DNA of 20,000 nucleotides, taken from contig JBNGIO010005723.1 in the NCBI GenBank assembly GCA_049999805.1, positions 58,377 through 78,376 of the forward strand. The letters run 5' to 3'. The DNA comes from Folioceros fuciformis. Lineage: Eukaryota. Numbering within the stretch: the first letter of the stretch is position 1; every line of letters starts with the position of its first letter. This document shows, in pieces, positions 1-8,180 of the stretch. Below the pieces are notes generated by a model that ran no database searches, had not been told where the DNA came from, and saw only the letters and a program-made list of their open reading frames with translations. Made by a program: the position numbers and the translations under genes.

Positions 1-1421
1 AGTGTCACAGAATCAGGTACAACCATTCCATCTTTTTGCATGACACTGTAAAGATGAAGGGCTTCCTGACCCATTCCTTGCTGACAATATCCTGAGATCA
101 TGCCATTCCAAGTGACCACATCTTTTCGAGCAAGTCCGTCAAACACTTTGCGGGCATCTTCTAGGTTGCCGCACTTTGCATACATGTTTACCAAACTATT
201 GGCCACAAAAGTGTCGGCTTGGTGTCCTAGCCCTTTTATCTGCATATGCAAATGCTTACCGTTTTCAAGAGCTGGAGCACCGACACTTGCACACGCCTGG
301 AGGAGGCACACGAAAGTCACAGAATTGGGTACAGACATGCCGTCTTTTTGCATGTCGTTGTACAGGCGAAGGGCTTCCTGGCCCATACCCAACCGGGAAT
401 ATCCTGCGATCAGAGCAGTCCACGTCACGACATCTTTCTCCCCAAGACCGTCAAACACGCTTTGAGCGTCTTCCAAACTGCCGCACTTTGCGTACATGTC
501 CACGACGCAATTACAGACAAACAAGTCACTCTGAAACCGGCTGGCCAATACATGGGCATGCACCTCCTGCCCAGACTCCAAATCTGCTCCTTCGCCACAA
601 GCCTGGAGAGCTGCCACAAACACATGCCCATCCGGCTCCACACCTGACCCCCGCATCCGACGATACAGTTTCATAGCCTGCTTATCTTGCCCGTTCTTCA
701 CATGGGCACATATGATCGAGGACCACATGAAAGCATCTGGTTTGGCCACCAGGGAAAACACATCCATCGCATCTTGCAACCTGCCATGAGAAACATACAT
801 TCGCAGGATGTGGTTGCACAGGAATGTATCCGACCGATAACCTGCTGCAACCGTGAATGCATGGACCCGCCGACCCAGAACAAGATCCTTCTTCACCATA
901 CATTTCTTCAGGACAGTATAAAAAACAGACGTGGAAACACAACAGTCTCTCTGCACTAGAAGTCCCAGGGCTTCCACTGCCTGTGTGAGATTGCCTTGAT
1001 GACATAAAGCGCCGACAGTTTCAGCCGTGACGACCATTTCATGTCCAGCGGCCCTGGCATCACTCGCCAGGCTGCAGTCAGATTCCCTCGTCGCCACATC
1101 TACCGAAAATGGTAACGTCCAGCGAGGATTTTCGGCGACCGATCCGTGCCCAGTCACACGCCCTCCTTGATGAGCTGCCTTTCTTGCAAATGTGCTTAAT
1201 CTAGCTGCTTCCTTGTTCGTCAAGGATCGGTCCCTCAAATTCAGGCGAGCGGGAGCACTTCCTGTAATACCAATTTGCTCGCTCCACCAACACGATCCCC
1301 CCAAGGGGTCTGGTGGTCCTTTCCGTGGATCCACAATCATGCCCCAGACAAGCATGGCGTCTAGGATACGCAGCAAAATTCTCTGCCAAAACCCTACTGC
1401 AAGGGTTAAAGGGTTTAACAT
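1..1421 (-). CDS. PLS-class pentatricopeptide repeat protein #1 (organellar RNA-editing factor family), 3' end beyond window
   Basis: Manual translation of the minus strand is stop-free from 1421 to 1: ...VTAETVGALCHQGNLTQAVEALGLLVQRDCCVSTSVFYTVLKKCMVKKDLVLGRRVHAF...DTFLCNHILRMYVSHGRLQDAMDVFSLVAKPDAFMWSSII...DMYAKCGSLEDAQSVFDGLGEKDVVTWTALIAGYSRLGMGQEALRLY... It is clearly paralogous to the PPRs at 3031-7533 and 14640-16922. First in-frame ATG is 1421, with alternatives at 1355 and 1340. It is not in the ORF track because no stop falls inside the window. Confidence 0.93.
   Translation of the reverse strand, partial: MLNPLTLAVGFWQRILLRILDAMLVWGMIVDPRKGPPDPLGGSCWWSEQIGITGSAPARLNLRDRSLTNKEAARLSTFARKAAHQGGRVTGHGSVAENPRWTLPFSVDVATRESDCSLASDARAAGHEMVVTAETVGALCHQGNLTQAVEALGLLVQRDCCVSTSVFYTVLKKCMVKKDLVLGRRVHAFTVAAGYRSDTFLCNHILRMYVSHGRLQDAMDVFSLVAKPDAFMWSSIICAHVKNGQDKQAMKLYRRMRGSGVEPDGHVFVAALQACGEGADLESGQEVHAHVLASRFQSDLFVCNCVVDMYAKCGSLEDAQSVFDGLGEKDVVTWTALIAGYSRLGMGQEALRLYNDMQKDGMSVPNSVTFVCLLQACASVGAPALENGKHLHMQIKGLGHQADTFVANSLVNMYAKCGNLEDARKVFDGLARKDVVTWNGMISGYCQQGMGQEALHLYSVMQKDGMVVPDSVT
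1389..1396 (+). promoter_or_regulatory. Telobox (AAACCCTA) at the junction of the divergent PPR#1 and GCIP-like genes
   Basis: Exact AAACCCTA at 1389-1396, followed by AGGGTTA/GGGTTT near-copies on the opposite strand (about 1402-1416). Telo-boxes are known plant promoter/5'UTR elements. Function here is inferred. Confidence 0.35.
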
Positions 1422-1504
1422 GTCTAGCAACAATCTGGTTTGATATTTTCTTCAGCCTCTGCTAGCCGTCCGGTGATCCAACCACATTTGGCAAGTGAAC
1501 GGAA

Positions 1505-2856
1505 ATGGGAATACAAGGATTGAAGAAACACGCCCAGGCTGTACGTGAATCGCTCACGGTAATGCTTCTGCAAATTGCTTCGCAGAAGATCTCAAATTCA
1601 TTTGCGTTGTGTTTGACATGTTAGAGCTGCAAATCCTGAATGAATTTTGCGTGGCAGCTGCTGGATGTGCCTGCAATCGATTCTGTTCAGAAAGTACCAT
1701 GGGATGACGTGAAAAAACTTGCAGAGCAAGTATCTAAGCATGCGACAACAGGTAGGGCGGACATCAGGTCTTCCAAAAATTTGCAGATGCTTGCGTCCAG
1801 TCTTGTGGGATGATCCAGCCCAGTTTTGTTGGATGTGTGCAATTCAGTTGGATTGTTGGGAAGTAAACTTGAAGACACAGTTGAAGCCGTGAAGACATAT
1901 TTGGATACACTTGAAGGGTTGGTTCTACTGTCTCATGGGAGCACAGTCGGAGCAGGCCACACGCTTTTAACTGCTGTTCGTGAGAATACTCTCAAAGTGG
2001 TAGAGACGAGCTTGAGCCTCCTGGACACAGCCATGCTTCTAGCCTGTAAAAGTAAGCATCGTTTCCATCAACTGCTTCGTGCACAAGTTGCATGTCGGGA
2101 GCCCTAACTGGGCTAGTTGTGTCTTCAGCAGCTGATGACAGTGAACGAAAGGTCGTCCTACCGACTGCAGTTGGCAAGGTTTGGGAAGCATGCAAGGCTT
2201 TGCAGAAGGTTCCCACGGACAACCGAGCTGCTGTCGGAAGGAGCATAATCCAAGTAATCGCGAGCATGCAAGATGTCACCCGGGAGTTGGATCAGGTCAG
2301 GGAATCTGCTCTGAATGACTCGACTGCCATCTCCGACCTGCGCCTGGATGAGAGAATATCAGATAGTGGTACCAGTAGCAGTCCAGTAGCTCTACTGCCC
2401 GAAGAGGTCCCCCCTTCTCCTGCGGGCGATGACGAAGCCTCTGCCTCCGAGGACATGGATTTCGGCCAAGAACTGTCTGACGAGGAAATGGGAGTGGTGA
2501 AAGCGTCGACGCCGGTGATTGATTCCTTGATCCTAGTGCTCAAGGAAGTGGTCTATGTGGTTGCTGACAAGAAAGCAGAGACACCAGTGGACCACTGGGA
2601 GGGCCTGCTGGCGTGTTGCAAAACCCTGGGAGTGACTGTGGAGGAGCTTGGGTCATTCCTATATCCCCCGCAAGAGCAGGATCAGCTCCAAGGCTGTTTG
2701 CGGAAGCTTAACTATGTATTAGCCCAGGTGCAGGAAGAAATTTTGGGGATGCGGGGCCCCTTGCCAGAGAGCCTTCAAGCAGCATGGGATCACGCGCAGT
2801 CTTCTATAGCTCTTCTCCAGCAGACTTTGAATGCTGCAGATGCCAAACTTGAATGA
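1505..2856 (+). CDS. CCNDBP1: Grap2/cyclin-D1-binding protein (GCIP/CCNDBP1)-like protein, 4 exons
   Basis: GT-AG exons 1505-1558, 1658-1751, 1848-2051, 2129-2856 (alternative NAGNAG acceptor 2132) join in frame. Product: MGIQGLKKHAQAVRESLTLLDVPAIDSVQKVPWDDVKKLAEQVSKHATTVGLL...YLDTLEGLVLLSHGSTVGAGHTL...GKVWEACKALQKVPTDNRAAVGRSIIQVIASMQDVTREL...EELGSFLYPPQE. The HGSTVGAG, VWEAC..L.K.P..N and LYPPQE motifs are recalled from plant GCIP-family proteins. Confidence 0.85.
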
Positions 2857-3030
2857 CCTCGTGTGCAGCAAAGGATACGAGAGTGATATTCCCCTTGAGC
2901 TATCACGAAGCGCTCTCTAGCCGCGAATCAGCTGAATCCAGGTTAACGCGGGCACGCAAGATGTCATTGTCAACCCTAATTGCACACCGTTTGTCATCCG
3001 CGGTGGTCACGTATCGGTAGATTGTCATGT

Positions 3031-6000
3031 CTACTGAGTTCCATTTTCTTCTTGGCCGATATCAAACGTGTCTAGAGCTACAAATGAGTGTTTTTGTTCT
3101 GATTGGGGGGGGATGAAAGTGTCATCTCCAACCAAAAAACTGTGTACTATTCCGTCCATGTCGGCCCACCAACTCTGGCCCGGCTGCTTCCAGGCTCTCG
3201 CTCTTTTTCTCCTGGCATGCAACGCCTGGGCGTGCTCCAACTTCTGGGTAGCGGTGAATAAGTTAGACATCAACACATATGCTGCTGCATCTTGCTCGTC
3301 CAACTTCACTGCTTTCTGGAAGGCATAGCGTCCCATCTCTACGTTGTTCCACTTCCGACAAGCGCCCAACAGAGTGTGCCAGACTGCAGCACTGGGAGGG
3401 ACCGGCATTGTGCTCACCATATCCAGAGCCTCATACAGCTGGCCTGCCCGGCCCAGGAGGTCCACCATGCACGTGTAGTGCTCCACACTAGGAGTGATCC
3501 CGAATTGCTTGCTCATGGCCGCGAAGCATTCTCTCCCCTTGTCTACCAGGCCCGTGTGGCTGCAGACAGTGAGCACACTGAGGAAGGTGATGCCGACTGG
3601 ATCTATGCCAGCTTCTCTCATTTTCTGCAGCAAATCGAACACCACTCTGCTGTTTCCTTGGCAGCTGTAGCCGGCAATCAAAGCACTCCACGCGACAACA
3701 TCTCTGTTTGGCAATGCGTCAAAAACCTGCTGTGCATCCGCCATGCTGCCGGCCTTGGCGTACATGTTTATCAAGCTACTGGCAACAACGACATCAGCTT
3801 GGAGCCCCTGTTCCTCGATCTGTGCATGTAACTGCCTTCCCACATGCAAGGCTGCCACATTTGCACATGCCTGCAGGAGGGCCAGAAAGGTGACGGAATT
3901 GGGCACAGCAATGCGTTCTTGTTGCATTGCCCGGTAAAGGGAGAGGGCTTCGTGCCCCAGGCCCTGCTGAGCGTATCCTGCTATCATGGCGTTCCATGTT
4001 ACCACGTCCTTTTCAGCGAGTCTGTCGAAGGCTCGCTGAGCATCTTCCAAGCTGCCACACTTTGCGTACATGTTTACCAGGCTGCTGCCTACAAACACGT
4101 CGGCTTCGTGCCCTTGTTCTCGAACCTGCGCATGAAGCTGCTTTCCCGTCTCCAAAGCCGACGTGCCCATGCCTGCACACGCCTGCAGGAGGCAAACAAA
4201 TGTGACAGAATCGGGCACGGCTACGCCTTCGTCTTGCATTGCGCTGTAGACACGAATGGCTTCCTGTCCCATGCTCTGCTTGGAGTATCCTGCGATCATA
4301 GCATTCCAGGTAACCACATCCTTCCGAACAAGGCCGTCGAACACACTCTGCGCATCTTCCAAGCTGCCACACTTTGAATACATGTTCACCAAGCTGTTGG
4401 CTACAAACACGTCACTTTGAAGGCCTCGTTCTCGGATTTGCACATGAAGCTGCTTCCCCTTCTCCAGTGCAGAGGGCCCCAAACCGGCACAGGCCCGCAG
4501 GAGGCTTACAAAGGTGATGGAATCAGGTTCATCGATGCCTTCATCTTGCATGTTGCTGTAAAGGGCGAGCGCTCTGTCGCTCATGCCCTGCTGGGCATAC
4601 CCGGCTATCATGGCATTCCATGTCACCACATCTTTCTGACCCAACCCGTCGAACACTCTCTGAGCATCCTCCACGCTGCCACACTTCGCATACATGTTCA
4701 CCAAGCTGTTGGTTATGAACACATCAGCTTGATGTCCCCGTTCTTTGATTTGAGCATGGAGCTGCTTCCCCATCTCCAAAGCTGGGGTGCCCAAACTTGC
4801 ACATGCTTGCAGGAGGCAAACAAATGTGACAGAGTTGGCTACAGCAATGCCTTCTTCTTGCATACGACTGTAGAGGTTAAGGGCTTCCTCGCCCCTGCCC
4901 TGCTGGGAATATCCCGTAATCATGGAATTCCATGTTGCCACCTCCTTTTCACCTAGGCGGTCAAATACTCTCTGAGCGTCTTCCAAGCTCCCACACTTGG
5001 CATACATGTTCACCAAACTGCTGCCAACACACACATCAGCTTGATGTCCTCCTTGTCTAACTTTCGCATGTATCTGCTTCCCCTTCTCCAGTGCCGTCGG
5101 CCCCACACTTGCGCATGCCTGCAAGAGGCAGACAAATGTGACAGCATCCGGCACGGCAATCCCCTCTTCTTGCATGGCACTGTATAAATGAAGAGCTTCC
5201 TGCCCCATGCCCTGATGGGAGTATCCTGCTATCATGGCAGTCCACGTCACCACATCTTTGTCACCAAGTTCTTCAAACGCCTTGCGAGCTTCTTCCAAGC
5301 TGCCACACTTTGTGTACATGTTCACCAAGCTGCTGGCTACAAACTCCTCCGCTTGACTTCCTCGTTCACGAATCTGCATATGAAGCTGTTTTCCCTGCTT
5401 CAAAGCAGGAATGCCCACAGTTGCACATGCCTGCAGGAGGCATACAAACGTCACCGAATTGGGTACAGCAATGCCTTCATCTTGCATGACACTGTAGAGA
5501 TGAAGGGCCTGCTGCCCCATGCCCCGCTGGGAATATCCTGCAATCAGAGCTGTCCAAGTCACCACATCTTTTTGACCAAGTCCGTCAAACACACTCTGGG
5601 CATCTTCAAGACTGCCACACTTTGCATACATGTTCACCAGACTGTTGGCTACAAACACATCAGCTTGATGGCCGTGTTCCCTAATTTGCAAATGAAGCTG
5701 CTTCCCCATCGCCAAAGCTGATGTGCCCACACTTGCACATGCCTGTAGCAGGCACAAAAACGTCACAGAATTGGGTATAACGATGCCTTCTTCCAGCATT
5801 ACACTGCACAGACGAAGGGATTCCTGAGCCATGCCTTGTTGGGAATACCCTGCAATTAGGGCAGTCCATGTCACCACATCCTTTCGAGCAAGTCCTTCAA
5901 ATACTCTCCGAGCATCTTCCAAGCTGCCACATTTTGCATACATGTTCACCAGACTGCTTGCTACAAACACATCAGCTTCATGACCTTGGTCTCTGATTTG

Positions 6001-7533
6001 CTCATGAACTTGCCTCCCCTTCTCCAATGCTGCGGTGCCCAAACCTGCACATGCCTGCAGGAGGCCGACAAACGTAACAGAATCAGGTGTTGCAACGCCT
6101 TCCTCTTGCATGATACTGTAAAGACGAAGGGCTTCATGCCCCATGCCCTGCTGGGAATATCCTGCTATCATGGCATTCCAGGTCACCACGTCCTTTCGAC
6201 CAAGGCCATCAAACACTCTCTGCGCATCCTCCACGCTGCCACACTTTGCATACATGTTCACCAAACTGTTGGCCACGAACACATCAGCTTGATGTCCTCG
6301 ATGATTAATTTGCACATGCAGCTCCTTCCCTTTTTCCAACGCCAGAGTGCCCACACTTGCACATGCCTGCAGGAGACACACGAAAGTAACTGAATCAGGC
6401 ACAGCCCTGCCTTCCTCCACCATGGCACCGTACAGAGCAAAGGCTTCCTGAGCCTTGCCCTGCTGGGAATATCCTCCGATTATGGCATTCCAGGTCACTA
6501 CATCCTTGACAACAAGGCCGTCAAACACGTTTTGTGCGTCTTCCAAACTGCCACACTTGGCATACATGTTCACCAAGCCATTGGCCACAAACAAATCAGG
6601 CTCACCGCCCCTAGCCAACACTTCAGCGTGCACCTGCTGCCCAGTTTTCAAGTCTGATCCCCTTGCACAAGCCTGCAGGGCTGCAACAAACACGTGGCCA
6701 TCTTGCTTCACACGCGACCTGCACATGCGATGATATAGTTGTATGGCCTGCTTCTCTTTCCCCTGTTTCACATGGGCAGAGATGATGGCAGACCATGTGA
6801 AGGCATCAGGCCTGTCAACCTCTGCAAACACATCCATCGCTTCCTGCAGCCTGCCATGGGAGGCATACATCCGCAGGAAATGGTTGCACAGGAACGTATC
6901 CGACTGGTACCCCTTCCTCACCGCCAAAGCATGAACCCGACGACCCAGAACCAGATCCTTCCACTCTGCACATTTCCTCAGGGCATCAGAAAACAGAGAT
7001 TTGGAAACACAGCAGTCTCTCTGCACCAAAATCCCCAAAGCCTCCACAGCCTCAGTCATACAGCCTTCATAACATAGCTTGCTCACGGTTTGAGTCGTTA
7101 CCTCTCTTGCGTGTTCTCTGTAACGATCACAATCCATCTCCATCCCCCCATCCACCTCCACACCCTCACCCATACCCATATCCAAGTCCATGTCCACACC
7201 CATACCCACACCCACACCCACACCTATGTTATCGACAACCCAAGCCCGCTTGTCCAGTTTGTTTAACCAGAGGACCTCCTGGGAAAATTGATTCGAATTC
7301 TGGCTGTGCTTAGCATGCCTGTTATCCCGCCTAACCAGACATCTTCCTGAGCAGCCTGGATTTCTTGCAAAAACGCTGCACACAGATGATTCCTTGTCTC
7401 CCAATGCCTGGTTTGTTGAACCAGCCGACTGCGAGCTCTTCCTGGAACACCTGCCAACCCGCAGCGTAATTGGATCCACGAAAACCGTCCCGACAATGGA
7501 TCCTGCAGCTCTTTGCAGACAGCCATTGCACAT
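3031..7533 (-). CDS. Giant PLS-class PPR protein #2 (~1500 aa; 11 PLS triplets + P2L2S2 + E1 + E2 + WW-type PG box, no DYW catalytic core)
   Basis: Single intronless ORF. The track start at 7545 is GTG and the first ATG is 7533. Repeating P (VVTWNAMIAGYSQQG), L (SVTFVCLLQACA) and S (VFVANSLVNMYAKCGS) motifs are followed by P2-L2 (FLSVLTVCSHTGLVDKG)-S2 (HYTCMVDLLGRAG), E1 (VWHTLLGACRKW), E2 (AYVLMSNLF) and PGQSWWADMDGIVHSFLVGD, then a short tail and stop. Confidence 0.97.
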   Translation of the reverse strand: MCNGCLQRAAGSIVGTVFVDPITLRVGRCSRKSSQSAGSTNQALGDKESSVCSVFARNPGCSGRCLVRRDNRHAKHSQNSNQFSQEVLWLNKLDKRAWVVDNIGVGVGVGMGVDMDLDMGMGEGVEVDGGMEMDCDRYREHAREVTTQTVSKLCYEGCMTEAVEALGILVQRDCCVSKSLFSDALRKCAEWKDLVLGRRVHALAVRKGYQSDTFLCNHFLRMYASHGRLQEAMDVFAEVDRPDAFTWSAIISAHVKQGKEKQAIQLYHRMCRSRVKQDGHVFVAALQACARGSDLKTGQQVHAEVLARGGEPDLFVANGLVNMYAKCGSLEDAQNVFDGLVVKDVVTWNAIIGGYSQQGKAQEAFALYGAMVEEGRAVPDSVTFVCLLQACASVGTLALEKGKELHVQINHRGHQADVFVANSLVNMYAKCGSVEDAQRVFDGLGRKDVVTWNAMIAGYSQQGMGHEALRLYSIMQEEGVATPDSVTFVGLLQACAGLGTAALEKGRQVHEQIRDQGHEADVFVASSLVNMYAKCGSLEDARRVFEGLARKDVVTWTALIAGYSQQGMAQESLRLCSVMLEEGIVIPNSVTFLCLLQACASVGTSALAMGKQLHLQIREHGHQADVFVANSLVNMYAKCGSLEDAQSVFDGLGQKDVVTWTALIAGYSQRGMGQQALHLYSVMQDEGIAVPNSVTFVCLLQACATVGIPALKQGKQLHMQIRERGSQAEEFVASSLVNMYTKCGSLEEARKAFEELGDKDVVTWTAMIAGYSHQGMGQEALHLYSAMQEEGIAVPDAVTFVCLLQACASVGPTALEKGKQIHAKVRQGGHQADVCVGSSLVNMYAKCGSLEDAQRVFDRLGEKEVATWNSMITGYSQQGRGEEALNLYSRMQEEGIAVANSVTFVCLLQACASLGTPALEMGKQLHAQIKERGHQADVFITNSLVNMYAKCGSVEDAQRVFDGLGQKDVVTWNAMIAGYAQQGMSDRALALYSNMQDEGIDEPDSITFVSLLRACAGLGPSALEKGKQLHVQIRERGLQSDVFVANSLVNMYSKCGSLEDAQSVFDGLVRKDVVTWNAMIAGYSKQSMGQEAIRVYSAMQDEGVAVPDSVTFVCLLQACAGMGTSALETGKQLHAQVREQGHEADVFVGSSLVNMYAKCGSLEDAQRAFDRLAEKDVVTWNAMIAGYAQQGLGHEALSLYRAMQQERIAVPNSVTFLALLQACANVAALHVGRQLHAQIEEQGLQADVVVASSLINMYAKAGSMADAQQVFDALPNRDVVAWSALIAGYSCQGNSRVVFDLLQKMREAGIDPVGITFLSVLTVCSHTGLVDKGRECFAAMSKQFGITPSVEHYTCMVDLLGRAGQLYEALDMVSTMPVPPSAAVWHTLLGACRKWNNVEMGRYAFQKAVKLDEQDAAAYVLMSNLFTATQKLEHAQALHARRKRARAWKQPGQSWWADMDGIVHSFLVGDDTFIPPQSEQKHSFVALDTFDIGQEENGTQ
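4069..6567 (-). repeat. Tandem 312-bp PLS cassette array inside PPR#2
   Basis: The Met codon of the S-motif 'NMY' appears on the + strand as CAT at 4069, 4381, 4693, 5005, 5317, 5629, 5941, 6253 and 6565. The spacing is exactly 312 nt over 8 intervals. Confidence 0.95.
7132..7224 (-). repeat. Degenerate hexanucleotide microsatellite coding a (G/D/E)-(V/M) dipeptide tract in the PPR#2 leader
   Basis: CCCACA/CCCATA/TCCATG-type units on the + strand. The minus strand translates as GVGVGVGMGVDMDLDMGMGEGVEVDGGMEMD. Confidence 0.8.
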
Positions 7534-7661
7534 CCTCTCACGCACGCATTAGCAGAGGCATTAGCTGCCTGTCCTGTCGACCCTGTGAAGCTTTGACGTA
7601 CTTTGCTAACGGGTTGAGTGAAAACGCATAGGCCAATACAGAAAACGGGTACCTTCGTAGG

Positions 7662-7701
7662 CGAATCACGAATCAAACGAATCACGACTCACGAATCAAA
7701 C
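7662..7701. repeat. Short tandem CGAATCA repeats upstream of PPR#2
   Basis: cgaatca-cgaatca-aa-cgaatca-cgactca-cgaatca-aac: five 7-mers, one with a mismatch. Confidence 0.7.
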
Positions 7702-7991
7702 TGCCCCCCGATTGCGCCCCTGGATTTTTGAAGTGCGTTTCAGGCCATTTCACCCTTGAGCAATCCCGTACATGTGCTGTGTCTTTGGTAGCCATGGCAT
7801 CAGTTTAACAACCGAGAGATGCCTCTCTTCTTGAGTGGTTCCTGCTAGGAAGACGCTGAAGTTTGAACCACCTTGCGATTTGCGAAAGCATGTTTCTCCC
7901 TATGTATGACGAGACAATAATAGTCTAGTTTCCCCCAAAACCATAGGCCTATGCGATGTTGGAAAAAAACATCTGTTAAGGTAAGGTAAAC

Positions 7992-8105
7992 CAGGCCAAA
8001 ATAGGCCCGAACAGGCCCATACGTTCTGGGGTTAATCGACGAAACGCAAACGGTAGCAATGCCGGCCTGGCCAGGCCTGGCCTAGCCTAGCGCTGGCCCG
8101 GCTGG
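7992..8105. promoter_or_regulatory. GGCC-rich proximal promoter of SGF29 (site II-like elements and palindromes)
   Basis: aggccaaa, aggcccga and aggcccat (AGGCCCA = site II-like TGGGCY) at about 7993-8020. Overlapping 14-bp palindromes ggcctggccaggcc and ggccaggcctggcc at about 8064-8082. All lie about 80-190 nt upstream of ATG 8181. Confidence 0.4.
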
Positions 8106-8180
8106 ATGCCCGGCTTCCTGTCTGGATTGTTGCATCCCATTCGTGAAGGAAGCGAGGTGGCAAGCAAACTGCGCGGCAAG

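Noticed and set aside
100-1443. Multiple short ORFs on both strands suggesting a fragmented pseudogene
   Set aside because: The real PPR#1 frame is uninterrupted from 1421 to the window edge. The listed ORFs are alternative-frame or antisense artefacts.
2126-2131. NAGNAG (CAGCAG) acceptor in the GCIP-like gene
   Set aside because: A common feature that changes the protein by one residue in a variable linker. There is no evidence of significance.
2857-3030. Possible hidden DYW exon downstream of PPR#2, and an AACCCTAA near 2972
   Set aside because: The 174-bp interval is too short and shows no HxE/CxxC/DYW remnants that I could read. The telobox-like hit is partial and lies between convergent 3' ends.
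3031-3290. U-to-C (DYW:KP-type) editing factor assignment
   Set aside because: Both complete PPRs carry a PGQSWW box (WW type) rather than a KP-type signature and have no catalytic domain. Editing direction cannot be read from this sequence.
4069-6567. Regularly spaced conserved DNA motifs resembling a CRISPR-like or satellite array
   Set aside because: Fully explained by protein-coding PLS triplets in one open frame. The context is eukaryotic and there are no cas genes.
3068-7313. Series of + strand ORFs (for example 3292-3831, 3844-4377, 4417-4956, 5188-5721) that resemble one another
   Set aside because: They are antisense shadows of the repetitive PPR#2 coding sequence. Their similarity follows the 312-bp period and they have no independent protein motifs.
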